Part shown: positions 27,050-40,262 of the stretch, in pieces
How the letters are laid out: each line of letters begins with the position of its first letter
How positions within the stretch are numbered: the first letter of the stretch is position 1
From: Octopus vulgaris
Lineage: Eukaryota
Length of the DNA: 64,000 bases
NCBI GenBank assembly: GCA_951406725.2
Contig: OX597823.1
Coordinates: forward strand, 70,122,001-70,186,000
Reading direction: 5' to 3'
Program-made: the position numbers and the translations under genes
Notes under the pieces: generated by a model
Told to the model about the DNA's origin: nothing
The model's database searches: none
Seen by the model: the letters and a program-made list of their open reading frames with translations, nothing else

Positions 27050-28160
27050 TTTGTGTTAACCGTGGGGGAAGAGTGTAAACTGTGTGTGAATCGTTTTCTA
27101 GTTCAAAATTGGAGAAGACGACATCACCAAAACGAGTTTTCGCTCATCGCGGCAACATCCGAAAACCTTGCTTTTTGAGTTTATGAAAGCACCTGGATTG
27201 AGTAAATTTTTAGAACGACCCTCTTCTCCGTCGAGTAGAATTTACATTTCCTACCTCTATCAAGATACTAGATTGTTCCAGCAACTTATAGCTGATATTA
27301 AAGGCTTTGAATCTTCTTTTAATCGCTATATGTAGCTGGTCAAAGTCGTAACATTACAATTTTTCTGTTTCATGAAAGATCTATGATTATACTTACAGGG
27401 ACGCAAGGTGGCTTACCGTGCAATTTCTGCCAAATTCGCTCAAAATTGGTTGGTCCCGGTCTTATAAAGGCCTCGAGCCAGACAATGGTTGTACGATTCA
27501 TCTTTTGTTTATACTTGTAGAATTATTTAATAGAAGCACACTTTGTAGTGCTTCTATTAATCAATAATACACGTTGCCAATGCTTGCACTTTTCTATACA
27601 AGTTAGAACAAACTTATTTAGTTCTGTTTGAGTTTGTGTAAACTAAAATATTTGCGATCAGAAAATGAGAAATTTTTTTCTCACATGAAGAAAATAAACA
27701 CTGAAGCTAGCCAGGTCCATCTCTCTTTTTTATAAACAAAGAGAGAAGCATCTGGTTTAAAACAGTCTCGGCGCTGCTAAAAATTTTAGTATACTGATAA
27801 TATTCCTGAAATAATTTCGAAGAAGCGATAAATTTCTTAAAACATAATCGCATTCATCTAGCAATAACACTTTTGTGATTCATCTTTTCATAACTCACAA
27901 ACAACAGCCAGCTTAATCTCTAAGGTCATTTCCTCAAGCCTCAAAGTTTCTGCCATTTCAAGAGTGTGTAGTCTGAACTGTATTTGCAAAACTTGATAAT
28001 GAGTTTATTTGTTTGTGAAAATGATTGTTTACAAGACGAGTATCTCTGCTCGACTGGAAAACACCAGTGTCAATTGGCTTAGTTCTAGATAATACGATGC
28101 ATTCGTAAAAATGTTCAACTGTTCCGATGAAAGTCACTGAAGAGGAAGCTGTTTCAGCAG
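27050..28160 (-). mobile_element. Possible very old hAT (ZMYM1/Tip100-like) transposase relic
   Basis: Fragmentary translation AETASSSVTFIGTVEHFYE and VAAMSENSF resembling AAE..AVTFFGTVQ.LY and VASAERSFS; heavily decayed. Confidence 0.35.
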
Positions 28161-29172
28161 CTGTTTTTTAAAAGTGCTTTGTGGTAATGGGTAGAGGGGT
28201 GTGTAAATATGACCGCAGAAAAATATACAGTAAGAAATGCCATGTCACAAATGTGAAGAAAAATGCCATTTTTGTCTGACGTGCAAATCACGCGATACAT
28301 CAACAGGACGCCATGATAATTATAAACCAAATCACAAACCAATTACAACGCTAATTTCTTTAGTTTTTTTTTGGGGGGGGGGGGCTTTTTTATTAGGTGC
28401 GAGTGTTATTGGCTCATCCTTTATCTCCTTCATTCATTAATATGTGATTAACAATCAATCCATCAATGCAGGCTTTAGCTGCCAGTGGAAGCGTTGAAAT
28501 TTTTATCCAAACTGATCTTGCAAAGCGGAATGATTTAGTGATTGATCCATTCAAATGCAACATTGTAATAGCATTAACACAGCTCAGTATTCGAATTCCG
28601 GAAATATACGAAGTTGACATTCGGTATTCTGAAGAGTTGTACAAACAGTAGTCGCTGTTAGTTACACACACTCTCCGGCCGCCATGTAACACGGCGCTAG
28701 AATTTCATCTCCCAACATTTTTCAATGATATTTAGGTTTAAATGGTTCTGAAACTCTTCTAGTGGCGTCAATGATTCCACTTATTATATCCTTCATTAAT
28801 TGAAATCCAAATTAATGCACTTTGCATTTCGACGAGACCAACAACTAGCGAAACACAGAATGTGGAATCAGAAAACATCTGATTCCACATTTGTAATGAA
28901 TCCTTTCTTCGGTTAATTTTCAGTTTTATACTTATAAAATCATCGTTTCACTAAGTTTGTCTATGTGCAAATGTTAATTTGAAGTCTCTAAAGAGTACCG
29001 TTGATTTAGTAACAAATTTATGTAACCATACATGAACTCATTAGTTACAACACACACACACACACGTACACATACATACATGCATACACACACACGTACA
29101 TAAGCACAGATATACATACATACATACATGCATGCATGCATGCATGCATACATACATGCATACATGCATACA

Positions 29173-29205
<33 letters not shown>

Positions 29206-29289
29206 TTATAGAAGGTACACTCAGAAGATTTCAGACTTTTTCAGAAGTGACATTTATTTATTGCAATGACATACAAAATTCTAATCATT

Positions 29290-30570
29290 TTCAAATGTCA
29301 CCGAAAATTTTCTCAAAAAATTTTTCAAAATTTTCATTTAAAATTTTACCCGAAAATTTTTGCAAAATTTTCAAAGAAACTTTTCCCCAAATATTTGGCA
29401 AATATTCACCGAAAATTTTACACAAAAGATTTTCGAAAATTTTCACCGAAAATTTTCTTGAAAAATTATTCGAAAATCTTCACCGAAAATTTTCCCAAAT
29501 ATTTTTCACCGAAAATTTTACGCCAAAATTTTACGAAAATTTTTCCAAAATTTGTGATTTTGGCATTGAAATTGGAACCGCTGGCCTTCCATACTTTGTG
29601 ATTATGGCACCGCTGGCCTTCCATTCTTTGTAATTATGACACCGCTGGCCTTCCATACTTTGTGATTATGGCACCGGTGACCTTCCATACTTTGTAATTA
29701 TTTTTCGAAAATTTTCCCCAAATATTTTTCGAAAATTTTCTCCAAGAATTTTTCCAAAATTTTTACCGAAAATTTTCCCTAAAAATTTTTCGAAAATTTT
29801 CTCGAAAAATTTTCCCCAAAATTTTTGCAAAATTTTCACCGAAAATTTTACCCAAAAATTTTTCGAAAATTTTCACCGAAAATTTTCTCGAAAAGTTTTT
29901 CGAAAATTTTCCCCAAAAATTTTTCGAAAATTTTCTCGAAAAATTTTCCCCAAAAATTTTTGGAAAATTTTCACCGAAAATTTTACCCAAAAATTTGTCG
30001 AAACTTTCACCGTAAATTTTCTCGAAAAATTATTCGAAAATCTTCACCGAAAATTTTCACAAAAATTTTTCGAAAATTTTTCCAAAATTTTCACCGAAAA
30101 TTTTCACCAATAAATTTTTCAAAAATTTTCTGGAAAAATTTCCCCAAAAATTTTTCGCCGAAAATTTTAACCTCAAATTTTACAAAAATTTTTCCAAAAT
30201 TTGTGATTTTGGCATCGCTGGCCTTCCATACTTTGTGATTGTGGCACCGCTGGCCTTCCATGCTTTCTGATTATGGCACCGCTGGCCTTCCATACTTTGT
30301 AATTATGGCACCGCTGGCCTTCCATACTTTGTGATTTTGGCACCGCTGGCTTTGTGATTTCCCAAAAAATGTTTTTGGGAAATATTTTTCGAAAATTTTT
30401 CCCAAAAATCTTTCGAAAATTTTCCCCAAATATTTTTCGAAAATTTCCAGAAGTTTTACCCCAAAAATTTTTCCAAAATTTTCACCAAAAATTTTTCCAA
30501 AATTTTCACCGAAATTTTTTCCCAAAGTTTCCCCGAAAATTTTCCCAAAAAATTTTTCACCGAAAATTTT
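29290..30570. repeat. Composite satellite: three blocks of ~11-12-bp (cgaaaattttc-like) units alternating with two arrays of a 32-bp unit (ggcaccgctggccttccatactttgtgattat)
   Basis: 32-bp period seen at 29581/29613/29645 and again at ~30210-30358. Confidence 0.9.
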
Positions 30571-30849
30571 ATGTGTATGTGTATGTATATATATATATAT
30601 TTCTGTGTATTTGTATGTATATATATATATGTCTGTGTATGTATATATGTCTGTGTATGAGTATGTATATACATATATGTATGTATGTATGTATGTATAT
30701 ATATATATGTATGTATGTATGTATGTATATATGTATGTATGTATGTATATATATATGTATGTATGTATGTATATATGTATGTATGTATATATGTATGTAT
30801 GTATATATATATATATATGTATGTATGTATATATATATATGTATGTATG

Positions 30850-30880
<31 letters not shown>

Positions 30881-30903
30881 ATATATATATGTATGTATGT
30901 ATG

Positions 30904-30978
<75 letters not shown>

Positions 30979-31902
30979 ATATATACAGTTGAAACATTCC
31001 TGTCACAACCTGGGACATTGAAGACTGCTTAAATGTAAGAAAGTATACTAGCTCCTTAATATTTGGTATTCAATATTTCATCTATTCAATAAGACAATCA
31101 ATATTTCATTTTACTTTACTATATATAATATTTATACTATATATTCTATATTCTACATTAATATTATAAAGAATATAAATAAAACATAAAAAACAGACAG
31201 AGTTGGAATTCCTTTGAATAATATATACATCCCTCTATACACAATCATACAAACCCCTTTATATATATATATTTATATATATATATATACATACATATAT
31301 AAGTTAAAATACAAAAATGTTTTCTCATAACAAATGTTTTGCTGTAAAAATATTAATGTATGTTTCACAAGGTAATTTTATACATACAACACAACAACAA
31401 AAAAAGTCACATATTAAAGTATTCGAATAGAAAAACTGCTTCCAATAAAAAAAAAAAAGTTTTGCTAAATATATTTCAGCGCATCTTATAGCCAAAAGTG
31501 TTTTTGGCTACAGCATTCTACAAAATCTGCGCGTGTGTGTGCCTGTGTGCATATATGCGCGTATAAAACTTATTTCTGTTTTTATTTAGATAGTAATATA
31601 TAAGTTTTAAAATTCACATTTGACAGATATTTTCCATACTGATTATTGCATAATTCTTTTGTTCTTATTCTCAAATGTGCATCACTCTTCTTCAGTGTGT
31701 CAGATCATAAATGCAAGAATTTGGGTGCACTTTTCCCAAAATTGTGATTCTAGTCATCGTTTGTATAGTAAATAACTTACCGATAAATGGCTATGTATTT
31801 AACATATAGTTGCATATACATAGTATACTTATGCACGAGAACACATATATAAACATATAAGCACGTATGTGGCATATGCACACACACACACACACACACA
31901 CA

Positions 31903-32724
31903 CGAGGTACGGTGAATAAATTGTCGTCTAAATTACACAAAAATGAAAATAACACTGACATCTCATTTTAACCGATATATTTACCAAAGTTACATTAAAA
32001 ATATCTTGAAATACTAAAGAGTAAATTTATTCAATAAAATCGTCATTGGCTTCAACCACACTTCGGAATCTCCTGCAACTCTTCTGGGCGGTTTCCTCGC
32101 TTAAGTTGGTGAATGCTGCCATAATGCTTGCCTTCAGTTCATTTTTGATGTTACAAGGAATTTTGTTGGTCTCTCACTCAACTGCACCTCACACATAATA
32201 ATCAAGGGGGTTGCAGTCTGGAGAGTTAGGTGGCCAGATGTTAGGGATGATGTGGTCGCAGAAATTGTCTGACAGCCATGACTAGGTTCTCTTGCTTGCA
32301 TGGCATGCTGCTGAATCGTGTTGCCAGACATAAAGTCTTCCAGCAGCCACCCTCTTGACTCATGGAAACACTACCTTCTCCAAGCATTTGATGTAGACCT
32401 CAATGTCGAGTCTGAGGCGGTTTGGGAAGATGAACGGAGACATAACGTTGCCATCACACCAAACACCATGATGTTGACTGGATGTTCGATTTTTGTTATT
32501 CGCGGAACATGTACCGAAACACTCTATTGAAGCTTCCGGGGCGAATGCAAAGCAGTACCGCATGCCGTTTGGTAATTTCTGTCAGAGTCAATTGCATCAT
32601 GGTACTGTTTGTCCCACAGACAGTGCCCAACTGACCCTACTATACTGAGTAGTCGGCAAATCAAAAACAAACAATGCGCGAAATTGAATATATGAAATGG
32701 CAGCAATTTACTCATCACACCCTA
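31903..32724 (-). mobile_element. Internally deleted Tc1/mariner-superfamily element (maT/DD37D-like)
   Basis: YVWQHDSAACH..WLSDNF..WPPNSPDCNPLDYYV*GAVERETNK..VVEANDDFIE*; diverged TIRs gaggtacggtgaataaattgtcg / cagcaatttactcatcacacccta. Confidence 0.85.
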
Positions 32725-32741
32725 TATACATATATACAAAC

Positions 32742-32792
<51 letters not shown>

Positions 32793-33449
32793 AGAGGGGG
32801 TGTACTTCTATGCAGGAAAAATATAGAAACATTTATTGTTGAAAATGCACTTGAATTTTAAAAAACTTGTAACTGTTTTTAAATAAATTTATTTACATAT
32901 ATACCAAACTAGTTTCAACAATATTTTTTGTTTATCAATGGTAAAAAAATTTTAAATTGCGAAGTAGAAAAACATATTTAAAAGATTCAATGTTTACAAG
33001 ATTCAATAATAATATCAATAATATCAAATATGATTTAAATGTTCACAACATCCAATTATATAAAAAGAAATTCAATAGTGTTAGAAATGATCGATATGAA
33101 ATGTAGACCACCAAAGGTTCGGTCATACTGAGTTAGGAGGGAGAAAAACAAGGGAGAAATGAACATAGTAAAAAAAGGTTTTGTTACAGCTGCCCTGATT
33201 CTTTTCCGTCGTGCGCAGGGATTTTCGTTTGTAACGGCGTTTTTTTTTTTTTTTTTAGAATCCACAGTGTTCTCACAATTGTTTTCCGTGAACGAATCTG
33301 GTTTTTGATTCGTTAAAGTACTGATTACGTATTATTTTTCTGGCGGTCAAGTTTATAGTTCTGCCAGGTTGACTTCCCTGTAGGGACCGGTGATCAGCCG
33401 TTCCAGTCGGTTGATTCTTTTAAAGGGTTTCAATAACAAATTTTCTTAT

Positions 33450-34410
33450 ATATATATATATAAGAAATTTAATGAAGGAAAATGCACACACTTTACATAG
33501 TTTTAATATAATTTTTAATATATCGGCCGGTTTCGCTTTCGCTATTCATGACATTAATATTTTATTATTTAAATGCGTATTTTCGTAAGAAGAAATTTTT
33601 GAGTCCATGTTGTGCGTGATATTTTTGAAATGATACAAACAGTAAAAAAACTAAGGGGAGGTAAGTGGTTATCGTTATTATTGTTATTATTGTGGGCAGG
33701 GGATATCACTGTTCAGCTTTCTGTGGGTGGGGGGAATATATAGATATATATATATATATACACAAAAATTCGAAAGCTAGTCTAGTGGGGATATGTATTT
33801 ATAGTGATGTAATCGTGAATTAAGATATGTAAAGTGATCAAAGTTGGTTGTGCGTGTATATTTAGATGCGTTCTGTATTTTTCGATGAAAAAGTTCCTTT
33901 ATCTAGACATTCTTGTAGAGAAATTGTATCTTTGCACTGGTAGAAGGGGAAGGCTGTGAAATTTGGTTTGATGTTACCTGCACATTTCTTTGTGTTCACT
34001 TAGAGGAATTTGTCTGTATTGCGGGAACCGGATTTGCTCTTTATGTAGAGTGGTTCTCCGTCTCAAAGTCATACACGTCTGTCCAATATAGTGTTGTCCA
34101 CAACCCGAGCAGATTATTACATAAATTAGGTTCTCAGAGGTACGAGTGAAACTGGTTTTAATTGTGAACCTCTCTCCTTGTTTGAAAAGGAAATCCGAGC
34201 CTTCAAGTAGGTTGGAGCATGTTCCACAGTTTCGGCGTCCGCATTTTTTAACCTTTGGTTTCGTGGTTGTTTTGTTAGCGATTTGTGTTGCTTTTTGCGT
34301 TTTGATGAGTTTATGCATTTTTAGGCTGTTGTTCACTTTTGGATATCTAGTTAGTAAAGGGAGATTTTGCACAATACTGTTGTATGCCTCGCTGTTTCTA
34401 GGGTTATAAA
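33450..34410 (-). mobile_element. 3' part of Penelope-like element (Neptune-type GIY-YIG endonuclease with Cys-rich linker)
   Basis: ORF 33974-34486: KCGRRNCGTC..NLIYVIICSGCGQHYIGQT..LRRRTTLHKEQIR..PLSEH; flanked by TA tracts; decayed GAAACCGG motif at ~33525-33550. Confidence 0.88.
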
Positions 34411-35088
34411 AATATATATATGTATATACATATATATATACACATACATACATATATATATATATAAATATATTATAAACGTACAAATATAGGGGTTGAT
34501 ATCAACAAGAGAAATATGAACATTAAATTAAAAATTAGAAGTCCAAAGTTATAAGTAAATATTCTTTAAAAAGAACTTTAAATTTTCTCAATTTCTTTAA
34601 TAGTCTCTAACAAATTTTATTTAGTTTCACTTTATTATTTTTTCTCTTTCTTTACGATCTTTTATTTTCTAGGTTATTAATGATAAATAAATCATTTTCG
34701 TTTTCTTATACTAGTTACTTTTTAATATCTTACTAAATTTCCCTTCCTTTCTTTAGAAATCTGTTTCATTAATTTCTATTAATTTCATTTTTATTGTCTT
34801 CCATATTTTCTAAGGGTTTTTTTTTTTTAATATTGACTTTGCGTTCTTGAAACATTATGTCGAAGGATTATTTTTTAATCCGAAGAGTTAGCTTAATATA
34901 CACATTAACTTAAATATTGTTTATATTAATGCAGACATGTAAGTAATTTATTTTTATAAAATATAATAACATAAATTATCTATACTTTTTATTTAGGTAC
35001 GAAGCAATTGTCGTTGAATAAAAATGTCCGATGGTTAAATAAATTTTATCATACAATATTTTTCTCGCTACTTCTAACTTCACACATC

Positions 35089-35156
<68 letters not shown>

Positions 35157-35162
<6 letters not shown>

Positions 35163-35880
35163 ATATACAAACTGGGACAAGAACGTGAAACATTTAGAAG
35201 ACGACACAAAAAACACGGACGGGACATTCGAAGCCCTCAATCATCAGTCAAGAACCGGATCATCTTCGCAATTTCGGCTGATTAATCTTGAGATTGCTCC
35301 GATCTGGGCAGCCCCCAAGGGAAATCTAAGCCAAGCGCATTAGATTCCTTGGAAGAAAGCCTCGAATGTATACAACACAGGGACGGAAAACGGACGATGT
35401 TACACGAATAAAAATACAAAAATACGTAAAAACAATAATGATAGCACGAATAAGAATACAAAATACGTAAAAACAATAATGGTAAGGATAACAACAAAAC
35501 CAGGACATCAGGACAAGCGTCTTTTCGACAGGACGAGTTAAGTTTTGAGCTGGCTATAGAAGAGTACCTTAAGGCCACAGAGAACAAACAAATGTGTCTT
35601 GCCACAATGACTGCTGGATGCGAAAAGACAGTAGTCGGTGGCTGGTCACGTGAGGACAAAAGAGAGGAGAAAGGGACAGGTGAAGAGAAAAAGAAGGGGA
35701 ACAAGGAACAAGGGAGAAGAAAGAGAGGGAAAGAGACAGATCAAGTGGAGTGTAAGGTGTGAGAGACAGAGAAATGTAGAAGAGGGACAGATAAAGAGAG
35801 AAAGAAAGAAGGGGAACAAGGGAGGAGAAGAAAGAGAGAGAAAGAGACAGATCAAGGGGAGTGCAGGTAAGCAGAGTTAG
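35157..35880. repeat. Unclassified interspersed repeat next to (TG)n, with purine-rich tandem part
   Basis: Internal short direct repeats (35405-35480) and GA-rich duplicated segments (35660-35870); family not assignable. Confidence 0.4.
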
Positions 35881-36070
35881 CGGTTGAAATAACCGTTTAG
35901 TGGATAAGAATATCCGTTCTTACTACCGGTATCATTTACCTATGCTATCCTTGGGCATGGGTATGCAAGTACACTATGCTCATAGAGCACAGGTAAAAAA
36001 ATAGATAAACAAAAGTTTATCAGGAATCAAATTTAAATAAGCAGAAAATGGTAAAAACTTTTGATTAATA

Positions 36071-37113
36071 ATACAAACATAACTTTACATTATCTACCAT
36101 TTCTTACGGCCGTTTCAGCTGCCGATGTCAATCGGGCCTTACAGAGAAAATTTCGAAAATAATATGTCAGGAACGTGAAGACATTCACTTGTTTGTCTAG
36201 TATTACTACCACTTGGACGTATACTGGCTATATAAGATGGCAGATTTTGCATTATATTTCGAGGGTAATTCCCACTAGCATTCACCTCCCTAGCAGTAGT
36301 TTCTCCTTAACTGTAAAAAAAATCTGATAGCCGTATTGGTTGCTAGTACGTATCTTATTTATATTTTTCATTTTATTTTTATTTTATGTTATGTTGAGAT
36401 GGTGTAGAACGGCATAAGCGGCCTCGTGCCACTTATGACATAGTCTTCTCCCCCACACATTTTTTATTACTGGTTCATTTTTTCTTCCTTATTTATGTCT
36501 ACCCCTATAACGGTTTTAACTTGCCCTTGGTTTAAATATAACTGATCAATTGTAGAGATGGCAGGACTTTGTCAATTCCATGACGGACAACGGGTGTTTG
36601 GTCTCTAGAATATTGCAGTAAATACACCATTATAAAAACTCCACGGGTTTGGTTTTGGATAAATATTAATTAGCTCTATTTACAGAATCATAAGTACTAT
36701 TCGTTTTCTATACATATTGGCGATTCATGTTTGATTTGAGCGCTAGTTTTATCATACTACTATGTATACACCCTGGTACCCCTAAATAAAGGGACAGCCA
36801 ATAAATTATTTCTCCAGCTTATTTGCTAGTTCACTCTTTTACCTATCGACATCAAGCTTCACACTGTAAAATGGTATGATTCTAATATATTGAGCCTTCT
36901 GGCTTCTTTTCGAGGCCCTGTACGTTCCTTTCTCCTCTTCCTTTCATTTATTTTGCGCATTTGTATTAACTCTGATGAAGCTCCATGTACTAGATCGAAT
37001 GAGCTATAAAGATGGCCAATATTATTTTCAGAATTTTCTTTGTAAGCACCGACTGACATCGACAGCTGAAACGGCCGTAAGAAGTGTTATGTAATGTTAT
37101 GTTATGTTTGTAT
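36071..37113. repeat. Diverged ~95-bp inverted repeat (36071-36165 / 37019-37113), Penelope-like
   Basis: Shared gacatcg(g/a)cagctgaaacggccgtaagaa in opposite orientations. Confidence 0.8.
36970..37081 (+). ncRNA. Hammerhead-like motif with ~80-nt loop II
   Basis: CTGATGA(36972)-AGCT..AGCT-GAAA-CGGCCG-TA; stem I only 2 bp in this copy. Confidence 0.45.
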
Positions 37114-37181
37114 TTAAAAATAATTAACCGATGTTAGTCAATTTGTTTGTTTGTTGATCAAAAATTTTTCTTCATTTTCTG

Positions 37182-37220
<39 letters not shown>

Positions 37221-37728
37221 TTGTATAGACCATATGTGTCGTGCGGGTGCGTGCCTGTGTGCGGGTGCGTGCCTGAGCGCGCGTGTGTGTGTGTGTGTGT
37301 ACGCATATATATGTATAGATGTATATAAACATATGATTTTATCAATGTACAGTAAGATTCCGATACATGCATTTACATATGTATATTTATAAGTATATAT
37401 CACTTTCTCTTTCTCTTTTTTTTTCTGTCTTCTTACATACAGATGTGTGTACATCTGTTCGTATGCATGCATGCTTGTATGCAATTTGCATCTATGTACC
37501 TAGAAAATGGGTGCTTCTCATGTCAAACATAAATAATCAACTGAGGATTTGTCATTAATTAAAATCAATATTTTACCTTTCCATATGTGTGTGTGTGTGT
37601 GTGTGCGCGCGCGCGCGCGCGTGTATGCGTGTATGCATTACGTATGTATGCATTACGTATGTATGTATGTATATATGCATGTATGAATGTATATATGAGT
37701 GCGCGCGCGCGTGTATGTGTGTGTGTCT

Positions 37729-37913
37729 TTCATGATAGACCGCTAACTCCAAAAGTTTTTTTATTCTCTATTTATTTCCTTGTGTTCCTTTCTGTTGAAG
37801 AGCGTAGGCTCGAAACGTAAAAGACTTTCTCACCTTCCCGAGCGTCAAACTAATACACCTGCTTGTTGTTTACACACCTTATCTTCGTCTTTTCTTTTTC
37901 TGTAAATTTCAAC
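37729..37913 (+). mobile_element. Second copy of (TA)n-anchored element with CUGUUGA hammerhead-like motif (37788-37823)
   Basis: cttt-CTGTTGA-a-GAGCgtagGCTC-GAAA-cg-TA-aaag. Confidence 0.65.
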
Positions 37914-37924
37914 TATATATATAT

Positions 37925-38633
37925 GATGTTATAATAAAAACTACAAGTCTTGTTAATTACAGCTACCCAAGGTTTCGTGGGCGTAACATTTATGTTGCAG
38001 AAAGTGTATGGAGAGGGGTGTATGAGCCGCACAGAAGTGAACGAATGGTTCAGACGTTTCCAAGATGGCCGAAAAAATGTCGATATTGACGAACGTTCTG
38101 GGAGGCCCACAACCAGCAGAACTGAGAAAAACATCGCAGATGTGCGTGCAGCTATGAGGGGAAAACATCGAATCACCATTCGTGAGTTATTAGAGGATGG
38201 GTAGATTAGTTACAGTTCAGTTCAGCCCATTATCACTGAAGATTTGGGTACGAGACGCGTGTCTGCCAAGTTTGTGCTAAAACTGCTTTCAGCTCACCAA
38301 AATGACACTCGGATTTCAATTGCACAAGATCTCCTTGATTGTGTCGAGAACGATGAAAACTTTGCGTAGGCCTCTAAGCAGGTATGGCCAAGCTTTTGAC
38401 AAAATTTGATCCAGATTCTCTGCTCAACTTACTCTAGCATGATCAATGCGACGATCATACGCTACACACCTTCCTTCCGAGCACTACAATAAGCAGCAGA
38501 AGTGAGCTAGAACGTTAAAATTTAGTGTGCATGTACAACTGAGTTCATAGTCAATCTGTACCAAGCGGTTTTACTCTGCGTGCTTTAGCTTCGTTACTAT
38601 AACAACAGTCCGTATACTTATTGATCATACCCT
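37925..38633. mobile_element. Rearranged mariner relic (N-terminal half of transposase, internal inversion)
   Basis: + strand LQKVYGEGCMSRTEVNEWFRRFQDGR..DERSGRP..RRVSAKFVLKLL..VENDENF; - strand TIR gagggtatgatcaataagtatacggactg and VEQRIWIKFCQKLGHTCLEAYAK. Confidence 0.85.
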
Positions 38634-38653
38634 CTGTGTGTGTGTGTGTGTGT

Positions 38654-38712
<59 letters not shown>

Positions 38713-38717
<5 letters not shown>

Positions 38718-39354
38718 CGGAAATAGTATTCGTTGCAGTCCAGGGTTACCAATTGTAATGATTGTTGTTATTGGAACGGCATGTTGCGAGATGTGAAAGA
38801 TGAACGAAGAACAGTGATTGAAGTTGTAAAAAAATATTTATTTACCGTTACTTTGATATATGCCATACCACGACGGGTAGGCTAGTGTAATAATATAACA
38901 CAGTTCGTAAAGCACGCAAGGTAAAGAAAATTAATTTCGGCCTGCATATGTGTGTACACGATCTCATAGTAGTATATATAGAGAGATATGGTAATGTTAC
39001 AAAGAAAAGAAAGTGAATTAGAAAAAGTGAGAACGGTGGAACGAAACAACTGCTTCGTTGGTGAGTTATCATAGTTGTCACTTTGTACATTTTCCTTCAA
39101 GGACGGTGTTTTGTTCAGCCGGTCAGCCAGACTTGGTTCTCACTAACTGACTTCGGCTTATGGAGTTCTTGTTTTTATAACTATCCAAAACCAGCCAGAA
39201 GGATAGACATATTGTTGAGAATAATAGATTTCGATGGCGGTCTGTTATCTCTATTCTAGCTTTTGGTGGCCTAGAAGAGGTTAGAAGTGTCAAGTGGCAA
39301 AGATGTTATTCTGCTTAGCGAAGGCATCTGGCTCTGTAACTGCTGTCATTTACA
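38713..39354 (-). mobile_element. Possible solo LTR
   Basis: TGTAA...TTACA termini, minus-strand TATAAAA (~39173-39180) and AATAAA (~38837); no TSD visible. Confidence 0.4.
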
Positions 39355-39453
39355 GAAAAACTATTGTTTTACCGTGAGAAAAGTGTTGTTGAACTGTTAA
39401 GTGAAATTTGGCTATCGAGGATCGAATCCACGCTACGCCTGCATGAAGCCACA

Positions 39454-39492
<39 letters not shown>

Positions 39493-39494
<2 letters not shown>

Positions 39495-39764
39495 CCGGGC
39501 CGACCAATGCCTTGTGAGTGGATTTGGTAGACGGAAACTGAAAGAAGCCTGTCGTATATATGTATATATGTGTGTATGTGTGTCTGTGTTTGTCTCCCTA
39601 GCATTGCTGGTGTGTTTACGTCCCCGTCACTTAGGGGTTCGGCAAAAGAGACCGATAGAATAAGTACTGGGCTTACAAAGAATAAGTCCCGGGGTCGATT
39701 TGCTCGACTAAAGGCGGTGTTCCAGCATGGCCGCAGTCAAATGACTGAAACTAGTAAAGAAAGA

Positions 39765-39765
<1 letters not shown>
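39493..39765 (+). mobile_element. SINE family A, 5' truncated, between (TA)n tracts
   Basis: Family similarity. Confidence 0.85.
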
Positions 39766-39838
<73 letters not shown>

Positions 39839-40262
39839 TATAATGTGTGAGTGCATGTGAGAGAGGGAGTCTGTGTGATTTATTAATTTTATTAATTTTC
39901 CTTTGCAGAATTCAAACCGGTCGCTAACAAAGTGACAAAGCTCTTTTGTTGAAGACGGCTCCGGGAAGTTTCTGGTTATCGGAATTGGTTGGTGTCTGTG
40001 CATATATGGGTGTGTTTGGGTATATTCCATGTGTATATGTGATTGTAAGCATACGATCAACCCAAGAGAATCCCCAAAATGGTTTGAACATTTTTTTTCC
40101 TAATGGACCGTATTAAAATTCGAGTCAGTTTGCTCTTTTCTTTCTTGAATAACCTCAGCATTTCTAGTGTTTTTTTTTTTTTTAATGCAGATCTCATTTT
40201 GCGTAGCTCAATACACCAAAACTAATAGGTACAAACGAAAACCTATAGCTCGGCTATAGAAG

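Noticed and set aside
29560-30358. 32-bp repeats resembling a CRISPR array
   Set aside because: Units are contiguous with no unique spacers, no cas genes, eukaryotic context.
29136-30525. F/K/S/P-rich ORFs of 75-165 aa
   Set aside because: Products of the AAAATTTT satellite.
35235-35315. Minus-strand GGCTG..CAGCC-GAAA followed by CTGATGA
   Set aside because: Order and pairing could not be fitted to any hammerhead topology.
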